64,000 nt of DNA from contig KZ538082.1 in NCBI GenBank assembly GCA_000934665.2, forward strand, positions 1-64,000. The letters run 5' to 3'. The notes beneath the pieces are model-generated. The model had not been told where the DNA came from and did not search any database. It saw only the letters and a program-made list of their open reading frames with translations. The position numbers and the translations under genes were made by a program. Of this stretch, positions 1-12,171 are shown in pieces. The stretch's first letter is position 1. Every line of letters starts with the position of its first letter. The stretch comes from Catajapyx aquilonaris (taxonomy: Eukaryota).

Positions 1-199
1 TGCACATGACGCAAACTGGTAATTGGAATTATTGTTGCGAATTCAGCTTCAATGATTTCGATGGATAATGCAGTTATTTGACCAAGCAAGCGAGCCAAAA
101 ACAGTTCATTAGCCGTCTTAATATCAAACATGTTTGAAATAATGTTTAAATGTCTGATTGTCTGCGCTGTAAGTATACATACAATATACATAAATCAGC

Positions 200-1440
200 C
201 ATACATATAGCCATCATGCCTTGTGAATTTTCCTGGAAGCCCTGTGGTTTGCAAGTGCTTGACAGGTGGAAGGTAACTGACTGAGTTGTGCCTTTTGTGC
301 TATAATTATGTTGGAGTTGGACCTGTGGCCGTGCAGGTAATCTTGCCTGGTCCTCTCTCTGACCATTTCATACTATTAAGTGTGACTTGTCATGTACTGT
401 ACTTCTGCAGCTGATAGTGCCTGAAGCTATGTGCGTGTATGCAAATGAGCAATTAATTCCTTAGGGTCGAATTTTCGTACCACTGCACAAAAATTCCACC
501 CGTAGTTGAAAATAATGGCACCCTTTACAGAAAGCAAGTAATGGTATAATAATAATCATAATCCTGGGGTAGTGCTTGACCTTACGGTATGCAGCACGGA
601 CCTTTATTGCGTTGTGCATTTTGGAACCTTTTTGCTAAGCGCCCGGGCCCACGGGCAGGATGACAGGAGGGGATGTGCAAGGTGCAGTGCAATGTCGTAC
701 CTCTGGTCATTTTGTGAACACCCCCGGGTGGTTTGTCTTAAAGGAAATACCACCTTAGACAAAGCCAGAGATGACCCCGAACTCTGCACGAGATGAAGGG
801 GGTAACCGGGTAACCCCGAGCTGGGATCGAACTGTGGGCGCGTACGTTACCGCAGCGCCACTCCCCCTAAGTAATGGTATATACAACATCCACAATTTAA
901 TTCACCTTGCAGAAGATGTCAAGAAGTTTGGCTCACTTGATAACTTCATTTCCCTTTGAAACCTTTTTGTACCAAATCTAAAGAATGCTAAGAGCCACTC
1001 ATCATCCATAGAGATGAGAACAATATTAGTGAATATAATTCGTGAACAAAATAATTATTATAACGTACACATTCTCTGTGTGTCTCTCCAGTATAGTAAA
1101 CTTCACCATTTAATTGAAAAATTCTGTGATGATAGCTTTTGTTTTTTAAAGGATACTGTAAGTGCAGCATTTTGAAAAGCATGACAGTGATACGTGCTGT
1201 ACATGGTGGCTTATGAATGCAAATGGAGACAAGACGCTGAGTTCTTCAATTATCCTTGTAAAGCATCAATGTTGGGTATTACTATGATACAGTGTGAGCC
1301 ACTTCAAACACCATTGAAGAGATATTCTATGACAATACTGAAATGTCAAGATGTAGCCCTACCTTCCAGCAGGGATGGTACACAGGTGAAAGAATTCGTT
1401 CCCCATTTTGTCATGATTGTGCTTGAACATGTTTTGCTAC
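200..1440 (+). mobile_element. Degenerate CACTA/EnSpm (CMC)-type DNA transposase relic, interrupted by a SINE at 549-868
   Basis: Collinear broken motifs typical of animal EnSpm-like transposases: PCEFSWKPCGLQVLDRWK (~218-272), GPV..., DHFILLSV (~361-384), TLYRKQVMV/YNIHNLIHLAEDVKKFGSLDNF/SFPFETFL (520-975, across the SINE) and FFNYPCKASMLGI (~1242-1280). Stops and frameshifts throughout. Boundaries approximate. Confidence 0.75.
549..868 (-). mobile_element. tRNA-derived SINE, family A, copy 1
   Basis: The minus strand starts GGGGGAGTGGCGCTGCGGTAAC (A box) and has GTTCGATCCC (B box) and an (ATT)n tail. Flanked by a 13-bp direct repeat AAGTAATGGTATA at 536-548 and 869-881. Collinear with the copy at 61457-61790. 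Confidence 0.85.
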
Positions 1441-3226
1441 ATCTGGGAAAACCACAAGTAATTATTATTATGCATGTACGCGTAGCAACAGAATAGGCAG
1501 GAATGCTTTAGTGACGAACCTGGCTTCAGATGTTTGTGATAATATTATTCATCAACATTTTTACAGCTTCACACAACTGCTTGTATTTCTCAATATTTTA
1601 AATTAATTAAAAATTAAAACATGCTGGCAGATCTCCAACAAGTAAGAAAGACCAGCATTCTTATTTTTGCTGCCGCTCATCAGTTGGTGTGCCATGCGTC
1701 TTACATGAAGGACAGCATACTCTGCTACATACTTTGATTTTCCCTTACACAGGCGGCTCTTGCTATAAAATGCTATGTAAATGCATCGTACAAATATTGT
1801 GCATTTACACAGTACTGTATAAATTATGAGTAGGAGAATGTAAAATTTGAATCAAGGATGCTGTGAAGACGGTTTTTGAATTACTTTTTGCTGATTAATT
1901 CAATTGATCATCAGTTGTAGTGGTGTCAATAAAGATCAGTGCAATGGGATGTAAAAAAATACTTGCTCATAGTTTATTCATGACCTTTCTACGTGTATAA
2001 GTAAGGCCATACAAAGTTGCATGCCTTTCGCCACTCTTTTCAACAAGAGCTGGGTATCAAAATGTTAATTATGTTGCATGGTGCACCGTGGAGTTAGCTG
2101 CGAGGCGTGGAAGCCTTTGTTTACGTTTTTCTATTGTTCTTCGGCTGTTGTTTTTCCCAAAACACCGGGGTTTTTAGTAGGGGAGACTTTAATTTAATAG
2201 AAAATTAATAGTCACGGGGACGCCTTGGGAGTGCAACGCCGAATATTCCAGATCAAGCAATACAAAGGGAGGGCGAGGATGCGGCAGGAAGTGTGCAATA
2301 TTTCGTCAGAGGGTAACAATGGGCATGGGGGCCTTGCCTTGGCACTAAGAAAATACTGGGTGTTGCAATTTTCATTATTTCTCCATTTTTCACACAAGTA
2401 CGCCCTAAGCTTGTCACTGCCTAAACGCAAATGTGGCGCAGTTCGGAACAATGTGACGTCAAGGAATTTTTTCGCATAAAGATATGTTTTTTTGTTAAGT
2501 GTGGATCGTGCTAGAAATGGGCGTGGACACTTTTCCTAAGGAGTTTATTAAGGTAAACCGCAGCTCGTTTCCCGGATCAGGAAAATTATATCTAACTTCT
2601 GCCGGCATATCGGGTTATATTTTTGTTTTTGGTGGTCAATTTTGCGGTTTCTATTTTCATTTTCAATGGTTATGCAACTCCAATTTTACCGGCACATGGC
2701 GGAAACAAATTGCGGTCTTGTTCTAGAAAGGTGTTCAATGCCATTTGTGAGTAACAACATCCGCTTTACCTGGAAAAAAAAACTCGCTTATGCATCACCT
2801 GAAACATTTATTTACAAATGTTTTTATTGAACTCTTTTCAAAATAAATAATTGCATATCAAAAGGTACAAAATGTTCGTATAAGTAGTGAAGAGTAATGC
2901 TGAATTTACACTTTCACAAGGCAATTAATGGCATTTAGCATTGCTGCTGTAAAACCTAGTTACAAGCATGTTACGTCGACTATGAGCTTTAGCATGATAA
3001 CAATGGCTGAAGAGTTTATCGCCACTTCATAAACTCACCTGTATAATTTGATTTTAATTTTAAATTTTAAAATGCAACAAATCCTTGATTGACAATGACA
3101 TCCTGGCACTCCAGGCTCCCTATTGCACTGCGGGCATCAATAATGTAAAATATTACTTTAGGGGGAAGCATGTTCATTACTCCGTCAGGTTGTGCTGTTT
3201 GGTCATGACGAAACGGCAAACGACCC

Positions 3227-6200
3227 CTAATAACTGCAAGAATAATTCAATATTATAGATATTTGATGGTTGGGTAAAGCAGAAAAGTGCAACTGACAAT
3301 AAGATAAAAACGTGTGAAATTTACCACTGAACATATCGCGTGAGATCGCACAATTTCCGCCTCCTGTCGAAAAGCATCCCGGGAGGGCACGTGAGAAGCA
3401 TTGCTTGGTAATCGATGCAGACAATGACCAAACTGCAGTCGCCAACCACTGGAAAGTATCCACTACGAGCTGGGCACCGGTAGTTAAGCAGCGTGTTTGC
3501 CACTAGAAAAAATCAGGCATTAGGTCAGTGCAAAGAGTGTGTGTCATAGATGCCATCAAGCATTGTTAGCTTTTGTTTTCTGTAGGAGATACTGCAACAT
3601 TTTCTTTAGATCAGAAGGTGATAATGTACAAAATTAATATAACGGCCTTGTCCTTCTTCACTCGTAGTCATAATCTATTCGGTACTGGAGGTCATTGGAA
3701 GCACTAGATGTACCTGGAGCATCTGCTGGATATGGCTTGAGCTGCCCATAAGGCGCCTCCAATTCAGACGCAGGTATGTGAACCTGGTGCTTGTTACCTC
3801 CACTGCCTCCGGATGGCCTACCACTGCCACTGCTTGATAGCCTGCCACTGCCACTGCCTGAAGGCCTACCACTACCACTGCTGGGATAGCCTCCTCCTCC
3901 AGTGATTCCAGGTGACTCATCAGAGTCGCCGTGGTCAGTGTCCAAAATGTCCGTCTTAGTCGGACGGAAGGGAAACGACGACGGCCTGACCACCGAGGTG
4001 TCTTCGATGTATGTAGAGTACCCTGGAGCATAGTCAGCGTACGGAAAAGGTGGCCTTCGAATAATGGCTCCTCCGCAAGGAGTCAGGTAGTCATAGTTGC
4101 ACACTTTCAATTCCTGTTCAAGAAGACAGAGCATTAGTTACTTTGCAATAACACCAGATCTATTCTAGATATACCTGGCTATAAAAAGTTCCGGCAGGAC
4201 ATCCCTGCCTGAAGGCCAGTCCTCCAACGCAAGTGATAAACTCCGAACAATTGTACGCACTTGCGAACGTTCCGAAGGCTTTTGGACAAGGCGATCCATA
4301 AGGCACTAAAGGTCCTGTGGAGGAAAGTATGTCAGACACACCATTTCCTTTACTACGCATAGATGAACATACTGGACAGTCGTCGTCCAGCACATCTGAC
4401 GTTGCTGGGGTAGTCGCAGACGGGCTTGAGAGGATGGTCGTTAAAGAGCAGGCCTCGAGGACATGTCTGAACAGCCACATTACCGTCCCAGCAATTGTAG
4501 AATTTGTCACAGTAGACGTCGTGTGGGTACTGACCACGAGAACGTGAGCATTGGGCTTCAATCTCTGAAACTTCAAATATAATTTTTAATTATATATGCC
4601 AATAGTGTACTGTACGTCACAATTGTGTAGGACCAGCAAGTACCATTTCCTGCACTAGCCCGACAATGACGTGTTTATGCTAAAGAAATGGGCGTGGAAT
4701 TAGGAAAACAAATTGAGAGAAGGAAGGAAGGAGGTGCAAGTGCAAAATCCTGTTTCGGTACCGAAAAAGGCGTCCGTAATTTAAAAGTGGGCGTGTTCGC
4801 CCGATACATTCGATCTGCTACTTTACTGATCATGTTCTGAGACTTTGGTCAAGAGGTGCATTAGAGCAGAAAATCTACTTCCCCCATGGTTCAGCCTGTC
4901 CCATCACGCTTAATTGCCCTTGCCGTTTTACGTTTCCCTTATGAGGAAGGCCGACCTGACTTGAACTTGGATCCAGATGAGGGTTCTACCTGTCGGTCCC
5001 CCAAACCATCAAAGGGCCGCCCAAGGCATTGCCCGGCTCATTTCATTCAGGTAATGAGAGCCGCCTTGCCAAATTTGATATTAGGACGATGGACCTTGAA
5101 GTGGAGGTATAAAGTGAGGATTCGCACGATGTTATTCTTTTCTTGCCGTGTTCTAGGTGGGTGGGATTCATTTATCATTCCTTGAACCTGTCCTAATTGG
5201 GCGGAGATTGTTTACCTTCCTGCCTCTGAGAGAAACTAGCGAAATATACAGGGTGACGTAAAATGTACCAATTTGCATATACTTACAGCAATATACCAAT
5301 TTGCATCATCATGTGTATAAAGTGACATCGTATTTCACAAATGCAATGTCTATATAATTTTAATTTCGGAATAGCACCAGAAGTATAAATTAAGCCATCG
5401 AATTAGTCACAGCAAGGATGACACCTACAAAAAAATATGCGGTACAACCTTGGCAGTTATGACACAGCCAGGTAACGGATTATAAAATGTATCGCCCTCC
5501 TCATTTCGCCTTGAACCATGATGGGATGGACTTTTTGATCTGTCAGCGTGACTTGTCCGAATCGCCCTCGATGGTATTGTGGACCAAGTGTGACCAAAGA
5601 GGGTCCCGGCGGCCTTCCCCAAATCACCGGGATCCTGGTGGTGGGCTGCTGGACATGGAGCGGAGATGGATGTATGGACGCTTTGATTCGCGATTTTCCG
5701 AGGTGGGACACGCCTGAATGGGCAATTCACACGGCGCAAGAATCTACAGGGTGGGCCTGCTTCCCCGGACTACCGCAAGGACGAATATATTGTAAGCTCC
5801 ACTCCTATTTTATGTCACTTCCATTCTCAGCAGACGGTGACGTATGCTAATAAGAAAGAGGACTCCTCCCTTCCTAATTTTGGCGAATAAAAAGGCACAG
5901 AGTGCGTTACGCCACAAGCGACAATGAAAAGGGAACTGGGATATTTGCGTAATCTCTAACCTCCACATGACGGTAATGAGTTTGAAAACAATGTATGTAT
6001 TACTGGTAATACAATCGTAAATCTTCTCGTAACAATATTAGCCCCCATAAGAAACTAATTCACGATTCGTATGGCGTGTCGGGAGTGAAGCACCTTGATT
6101 TGGATGTTGTGTGGGAAACGGAAACATTTCGTGCTCTATTTACTCGGAGTAGGCATTGACATTGGTTTGCGACATTCGTGTGGAATGTCCCTGTCATGTC

Positions 6201-7073
6201 CTTGTCCCAGCGAAATATTGCGTAATGTGTGATGGTCAGTTAAATACAGAAAAAAATGGGCGAATTATTATGCAGTTATGGAGTTCATCAAAACACTTCA
6301 TGTGTCTTTTTATGTCATGGGGACTAAAACCACGTTTCTATAAACCTCAACTGCACAGTAACTTTCCTAATTTTTAAAATGATGGTAATTAATTATTAAC
6401 AGGATTTGCAATTTCTGCTTCGTTAGGGTGAGATTAATGGATTCGAGAAGAACTGGTCTCATTACAGATATTAGTATCGTGGAACTAATAATATATCGGA
6501 CATTATATCACATATCTTCGCAAAAGGTGCAAGAAGTCCGTGGACTGTTAGTTGAAATCCGATATTGGCTAATGAACCAAGTTAGGCAGAATTGGGCCTA
6601 ATTATCTTGACAAGTCTCAAAAAATGTAAGGGAATTTTTCATTACACCTAGAAATACAAGTTCCCGAATGTACGGTTTTTACAGTTAGTCCACTTTTAGG
6701 TGTGCCCATCCAATTACGATCGCCTATGTCAGCTAACGGACCGAACGAAGTTTTGGACGGCTGTCTAATTCACGTCAGATATTATTCGAATATTCGAGCA
6801 ATTTCACAGGACAAAAGTGATCTTGACACACTGCCAATATAAATAAGAAAGACTTGACTGAGATATCTACCGTTCATAGTGGGTGCCTCAACACTACCAC
6901 AGTTACATGTGTACGCCCACAAATTTATCAGTAGTAGTCCTTCGTAGAAAAGATGTAACGAGTGGCACGCAGACCATGTAGGAAGTGATGGACTCACCCA
7001 GAGATAGGGCGATGAGCACGAGAGCAGTACGAAGCACCGTGGTAATCATGGTCCAGGCAGAAGTGCAGCCCAT
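3227..7073 (-). CDS. Divergent obstructor/CPAP3-like protein (3 ChtBD2 domains, E-like) with a long Gly/Ser/Pro linker between domains 2 and 3
   Basis: Exons 7073-6998 (signal peptide; alternative ATG at 7049), 4564-4373 (EIEAQCSRSRGQYPHDVYCDKFYNC...VRC), 4314-4175, 4113-3714, 3502-3325 and 3233-3227. All introns GT-AG and frame-consistent. Three 6-Cys domains; the last Cys codon is split TG|T as in the paralogues. Confidence 0.85.
3814..3890 (-). repeat. Coding ~24-bp imperfect tandem repeat (SGSGRPSG-like units)
   Basis: About three copies of ggcctaccactgccactgcttgat-like units on +, encoding SSGSGRPSGSGSGRLSSSGSGRPSGG on -. Confidence 0.75.
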
Positions 7074-7129
7074 CCTCCCGGTTCCTCTTGCTGGGCACAA
7101 GTGAGCGAATTGCTAGCCAACTACCTGGA

Positions 7130-7165
7130 GAATGACGAGTCCAATGTCACGGCCAGCCTTTTATA
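7130..7165 (-). promoter_or_regulatory. TATA box + initiator of the divergent CPAP3 gene
   Basis: TATAAAA at 7165-7159 and Inr-like TCATTC at 7135-7130, canonical spacing, about 60 nt upstream of the ATG. Confidence 0.7.
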
Positions 7166-7809
7166 TATCGGCGGGGGTGGGAATACTCGAGCTCAGAAGT
7201 GGGGGAAGGAGGGGCAGAAACATGGCAAGGCCAGGGCAATGTTGCTCCTCCTCTGCATCTCCTTCTTGTGGCAATGATATTTTTTATGGTGTTGGACGCT
7301 TCTTGTGCCGATCAGTTGAGGAGTGCTGGGGCGCCGAGGTCACAGGTTCCCAGGCCTGTCCTTCCCCATTGGCAGGTTCGGTTGTGAGAATTGTCCAGGT
7401 TGTGGTCATCACTGGGGAGCCAATCAGGAGGTGCCAGAGCAGGGACATTATTGCAGTGCAAAACCTGTTGAGTTATTCTCTACTTGGGTTCTGCTCCGGC
7501 ACGCGAGCAATTCATTCAAATTTGAGCGTAAATATCTCTTCCCTTGAAGTGTCATTTTAATCGCATGTATTCAGCACGCACATTGTGTGAACAAGATCAA
7601 TTGTATTCTTGACGGAATATGAAAGAGCTCATCAAATTCAAGCATACAATATAGGGAGTTGTTTTCCAATTACAGAATCTGTATAGTGTGTGGTCCAATT
7701 TTCCACATGAACGATAATACTGCAAACACTATACGTGTGGCAAGAGCATGATCGGTGCCTATTTTTACAGCACAGTTTGCCTTAAATGGACATATCTTAT
7801 TAATTTTTT

Positions 7810-8500
7810 ATCATGCCGGAACACGCAGCCTGTAATATTGCTGGCTGTACCCACTTTTCCCCGCACCTTCAGGTAGGTCCATCTCCCACAGGTGTCGATT
7901 TTATGGATAAGGAATTGATAAATCACGTAGAGAACAGGTCTCATGACGAATCCCTTAAGGAAATGACCATTGAGGCGGACGTGGGGGTCCCCAAAGGGTC
8001 ACGTAACTTGGATGATGGGAAATGGTCTCGCCTAGTAGGTAGGAAAGTGGAGGAAGGGCAAATTGTGGGCCTGCGAACGAAGACGATGATAATATTTGGC
8101 TGTGGCCATGCCAAGGCCAAGGTCGATCTCCGCTCATGTGTAAAAGCAAGGAACCGACGACGCCGATGGAAAGTGGGCAGAATTACGATGGGTGAGATAG
8201 AGATCCAAGAAGTAGATAAGAGGGACAGGAGTCGTAAGCCTTGGAGGTGCGGTCGATTTTCTCAGATAACGAGTGTTCCGCATCCGCTCATCATTAAGGT
8301 TAAGCCCAGCGATGCCTGGAAGGACCTTTGACGATGATAAAACTTGGATTGCAAGTAAAGAAGAACTGTTTCAATTTTGTGATTAACCTCCACCAGCGGA
8401 AGTCCGTAGAGGCCGTCTTGGTTGCAAGGACGATGGTGTTATATTGTCCTCTCCAGAGGTTTTATGGATGTGGTAGCCGGTCCAGATTGGAAAAAAACTT
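7810..8500 (-). mobile_element. Probable degenerate L1/Tx1-like LINE ORF2 C-terminal fragment
   Basis: Broken minus-strand peptides HRPCNQDGLYGLPLVEVNHKIETVLL (resembles the post-RT GGLGLP motif) and YQFLIHKIDTCGRW. Many stops; weak motif-level resemblance only. Confidence 0.35.
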
Positions 8501-10086
8501 GATTTCTATTGATATAAACATGGTTGAAGTAAAACCTGCTTTTAAGCAACCTGGCTTCTGTTTCGCAAAAAAAGGCAGAACCTTCTAAGAATAATGGAAG
8601 ACGTATGCCATTGACTTGATGCAACGGGGTTTTTTCATGTCTTTCCTTATTTTTTGGTGGCGTGTGGCTGCAGCCAAGCAACCCAGAAGAGGAAGATTCT
8701 GCGTTCATGTCGGGGATGCGTGATGTCTCTGGATCATAAGCATGTGACACGCTGAGGATTTCAAGTTTGGTGCTCACACTGTCAATGACATTGTCAATTT
8801 CACGTTTTTGTAATGCATCTTGACGTCCTTTGGGCTCACTCACCCCGGAACGTGGTAACACTTATATAATCATCTCTTGCGAGGAAATGCATGTATGCTG
8901 TCAGCATCCAGAATGGAACACGCTTTGGTTGGTAATGTGCGTGATGCAAATGATTTTTACTCCACATGTTACATTCATTTAGTCCTGAGGGTTGGCCACC
9001 GGTAGTCACATCTCTGCCTGGAAAGAGAAACAGTGGAGACTACGACTCAACGGAACTTCATGTTCCATTAAGAGTGCAGTTGGAATGTCGTGAGGATATT
9101 TTCTTATGTGAGATTGGACTAGCCACAGTGTTGCATTACTCTCATAAGACTCACTTGTCACTTGTCAGTCATGCATCATGGCATCATCTGAGAATTCTCT
9201 TTATGCAACACTGCCATATTTGCCTGGGAAGATTGCTGCCGTGATGGCAGAATGAGCTCTTTTCAGTACTCGCATGCGTGTAGGTACTCAATGCATAAGG
9301 CAGCTGACTTTACAGTGCCTGCGTGCCGCACTGAATCTGTGAGAGGAAAGAGTGATGTAGCACCATGACTTAATGCAAGTGTGAAAATATACTGCAGTGT
9401 CAGGGTTTGAAAATACAAAGGCAAATGTAGATTCACGTATTTATTACGTATTACATGTAGAATAGTGTATACTTATCATAGTGACGTCGTATCATCATTA
9501 TCAAGCTTTTCATCATGCATCGAGTAACATGGCATGACTTCGCTGCTGGCCTTAAGTGTTTGCCATTTTTCTTGGTAAAATTAAGTAAAATTATAGAACC
9601 GCCAGGAAAAAGATATTCCAGTGAATCCGAGATGGGAATTTAACGAGAAGGCATAATTTTAAATCCAAATTTATCGTTTTATGGATGCGGTTTTTCTGGT
9701 GGGAGAAAACAATAGCATCATGAGAATATCCAAGTTAATAAGCACACCCTGTATAAAACTAATTTACACTTTCTCTACAAAAAATGTAATCACTGGTCCG
9801 GGTGTGTCGAACAAGTACGACAGTGGTCATTAAATTACGCAACGCAATTCAGGATATTTTTGACGTCTTGTCTCTCAAGGGCACTGTGAGACTTGGTATA
9901 GATTATCTACGTGCTCCATCCCGCAAAATCATTACCCACTTCTATTGTACAGTATATCATATTTATGCGAAGAGAGTTAAGAAAACTGCATGTTCTATGA
10001 CAACATGATCACAAAAGAAGCGAATTCCAAAGTACCCTAAGTCCATTTGTGTTGATTTGAGAAAGGGTTTTTGTTGGCATCAGGTA

Positions 10087-10262
10087 CAGTCGGTTAAACT
10101 CGTTAAAGGATTTCCTTACCACATGAGGCGAACAAATTAGCCTCCAACAGAGGTGCTACCTCTCGCTCCCTGATGCAATGACTCGCTCTCCCCTAGCTAG
10201 CACCTCTGTTGGAGGCTAATTTCTTCGCCTCATATGTGGTAAGGAAATCCTTTAACCAACTG
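10087..10262. mobile_element. Palindromic MITE, Tc1/mariner-pogo-like
   Basis: Starts CAGT, ends ACTG and is flanked by TA on both sides (10085-86, 10263-64). Near-perfect inverted arms gttaaaggatttccttaccacat..gaggcgaa.aaattagcctccaacagaggtgcta with a spacer of about 40 nt. Confidence 0.8.
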
Positions 10263-11289
10263 TACATGGACTTATATGGCATTGGGAAAACTCTCCGATT
10301 TTTGCTCTTGTACTTTAGGGACATTTGGTGTGTTCTGACCTCAGGAAGGGAGATGGGGGGTACCATAAGCTACCAATTGACGTAGTGTGCTCATTTGTCA
10401 TGAAAATGGACTTAGGGGACTTTCGAATCCGTCTCTTATTTACTTTCGCTGTGGAACAAATCACAAATCGTTCACACACAGATCCCTGTTGCAAAGAATG
10501 TGTCTGTTTCATTGCGGAAGTGTACCTGTCAAGTCGAAATGTAACACTTAGTCATATTTTCTTGCCAATTGGTCCATTACCTTTTAAAAAAAACTTTATA
10601 ACTGATAGCTTATATCCGAACATACAGGTTTATAACATCGGTGTAGGTGTCATTACTTGACTCTTTACGAATGCAACATACTACTTATTCAGTTTAGTAA
10701 CCTGTACTACATTCATTTCCTATGGCAGTGATACGTTATCCTGGTAATTTAAACGTTAACAATCTTAAGATTTGACTAGAGGGGCGGAGGGGACACATAA
10801 TGAATGTGGAATTTCTAGTCTAGGAGCTATTGTAATATGCCTGTTGTACCACAATTACTGTCATTATTCTTTTATTGCATGGAAACAACGTATCAATTAC
10901 TTTTTTGTAGGTTGAGACTACGGAACCGATATTTAGTAGATTTTTGCTAATGTTACTATTAATAAGTGCGACCTAAGACATATTCAGTTGATGGAATTGA
11001 CATGACCTTTCAATCATGCACTTTCATCTCTAATGTTAGTCAGTATTGCATTCCAGTGCTGACTACTCCAAATAAGTCGGATAGAACTTTTCCAGCAGCC
11101 ATTGTCGCGAGTCACCACAAACAAACCGCACGTTACTCGTTACATAACATACACCGTAATTGCATTTCTTCAAAGGAAGATGCGCTGTCCATATAATTAG
11201 ACAACTGGATTGACAATGACTCGTAATGCTCGTAATGCCACACCTAACTCAAGGCCGGTAGCACCAATTTGCTACAAAATTTCGCAACT

Positions 11290-12171
11290 CTCCTCTATAC
11301 GATTCGAATCCTTCCTTCTCCTTGAACCTGAACCCGCCCAAACAACCACCCATATTTGCATACAGCTTTCCAGCGAACAAACAAGCCACAAGATATGCGA
11401 TTGTAAGTGGCGATGAGGACCCCCAAAGTCTCATCCTTGTCGTGGAGGTCCTTCAGATAAAAATCCAGCTTCCTGGCGTAATAAATCCCTCAGCCCAGCA
11501 TTTCCCCATCGGTTAAGGGAATAAAAGGGAGAAAAGAGGTGACTGCACTGAGCCGTGGAGGAACAAAAGCAAGCAGCCTTGGTGTTACGTGGGAGTCACC
11601 CTCAAAAGTCCACTTGCACACGTTATTAGTAGTGCAAGGGTGCGTAACCACCACAAGGACGGAAGATGATAGCCTGCTCACACCTTCCTGCGTGCGCATA
11701 TTATATTTTGTCAAAATTTGCCAAGGGTGCGTGTGTCGCACCTCGCGCAGACGGATCACAGGGGTGTCATTTGCCTGGCTCCAGAGCGAGGCGTTTTGTC
11801 AGGTTAACAGCCCACTTGTACAGAGGGACAATGCAGGTTGACGTGGAAGAGGCAGGTTGACGAGCGGGGAATAAATAAGGAGTGGCGGCTTGTCATGTCG
11901 CGACAGTGAAGGAGTTTGATGGGGGTAATATTGGGGAAAACAATGGCGGCCCTTGTGGAAGTTCGTGGCACTGCGCCTGAAATTAGGTGTCTACTATATA
12001 GGGTGGTCACGAATTCTTCTGCCAATATGATACAGATGGTAGGTGGTAAATATGGAAGAGGCTGGCGACGATCCGTTTTGGAGATGTCGACCTTTGACAC
12101 CAACAATGTCTATCCTGACAAGTATGGATAACCCCTCACATACCTGCATTGCTGGTTGCCGGGGTCAGGCG
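11290..12171 (-). mobile_element. Probable degenerate Tx1/L1-like LINE 3' fragment; its 5' end forms an inverted repeat with 12198-12385
   Basis: Broken peptides GLSILVRIDIV..K, YHLYHIGRRIR..PQYY and a terminal LFVRWKAVCKYGWLFGRVQVQGEGRIRIV*, resembling Tx1-type ORF2 C-termini. Confidence 0.4.

Noticed and set aside
572..796. ORF with CxxC (HGQDDRRGCARC) that looked like part of the transposase
   Set aside because: It lies wholly inside the antisense SINE; spurious.
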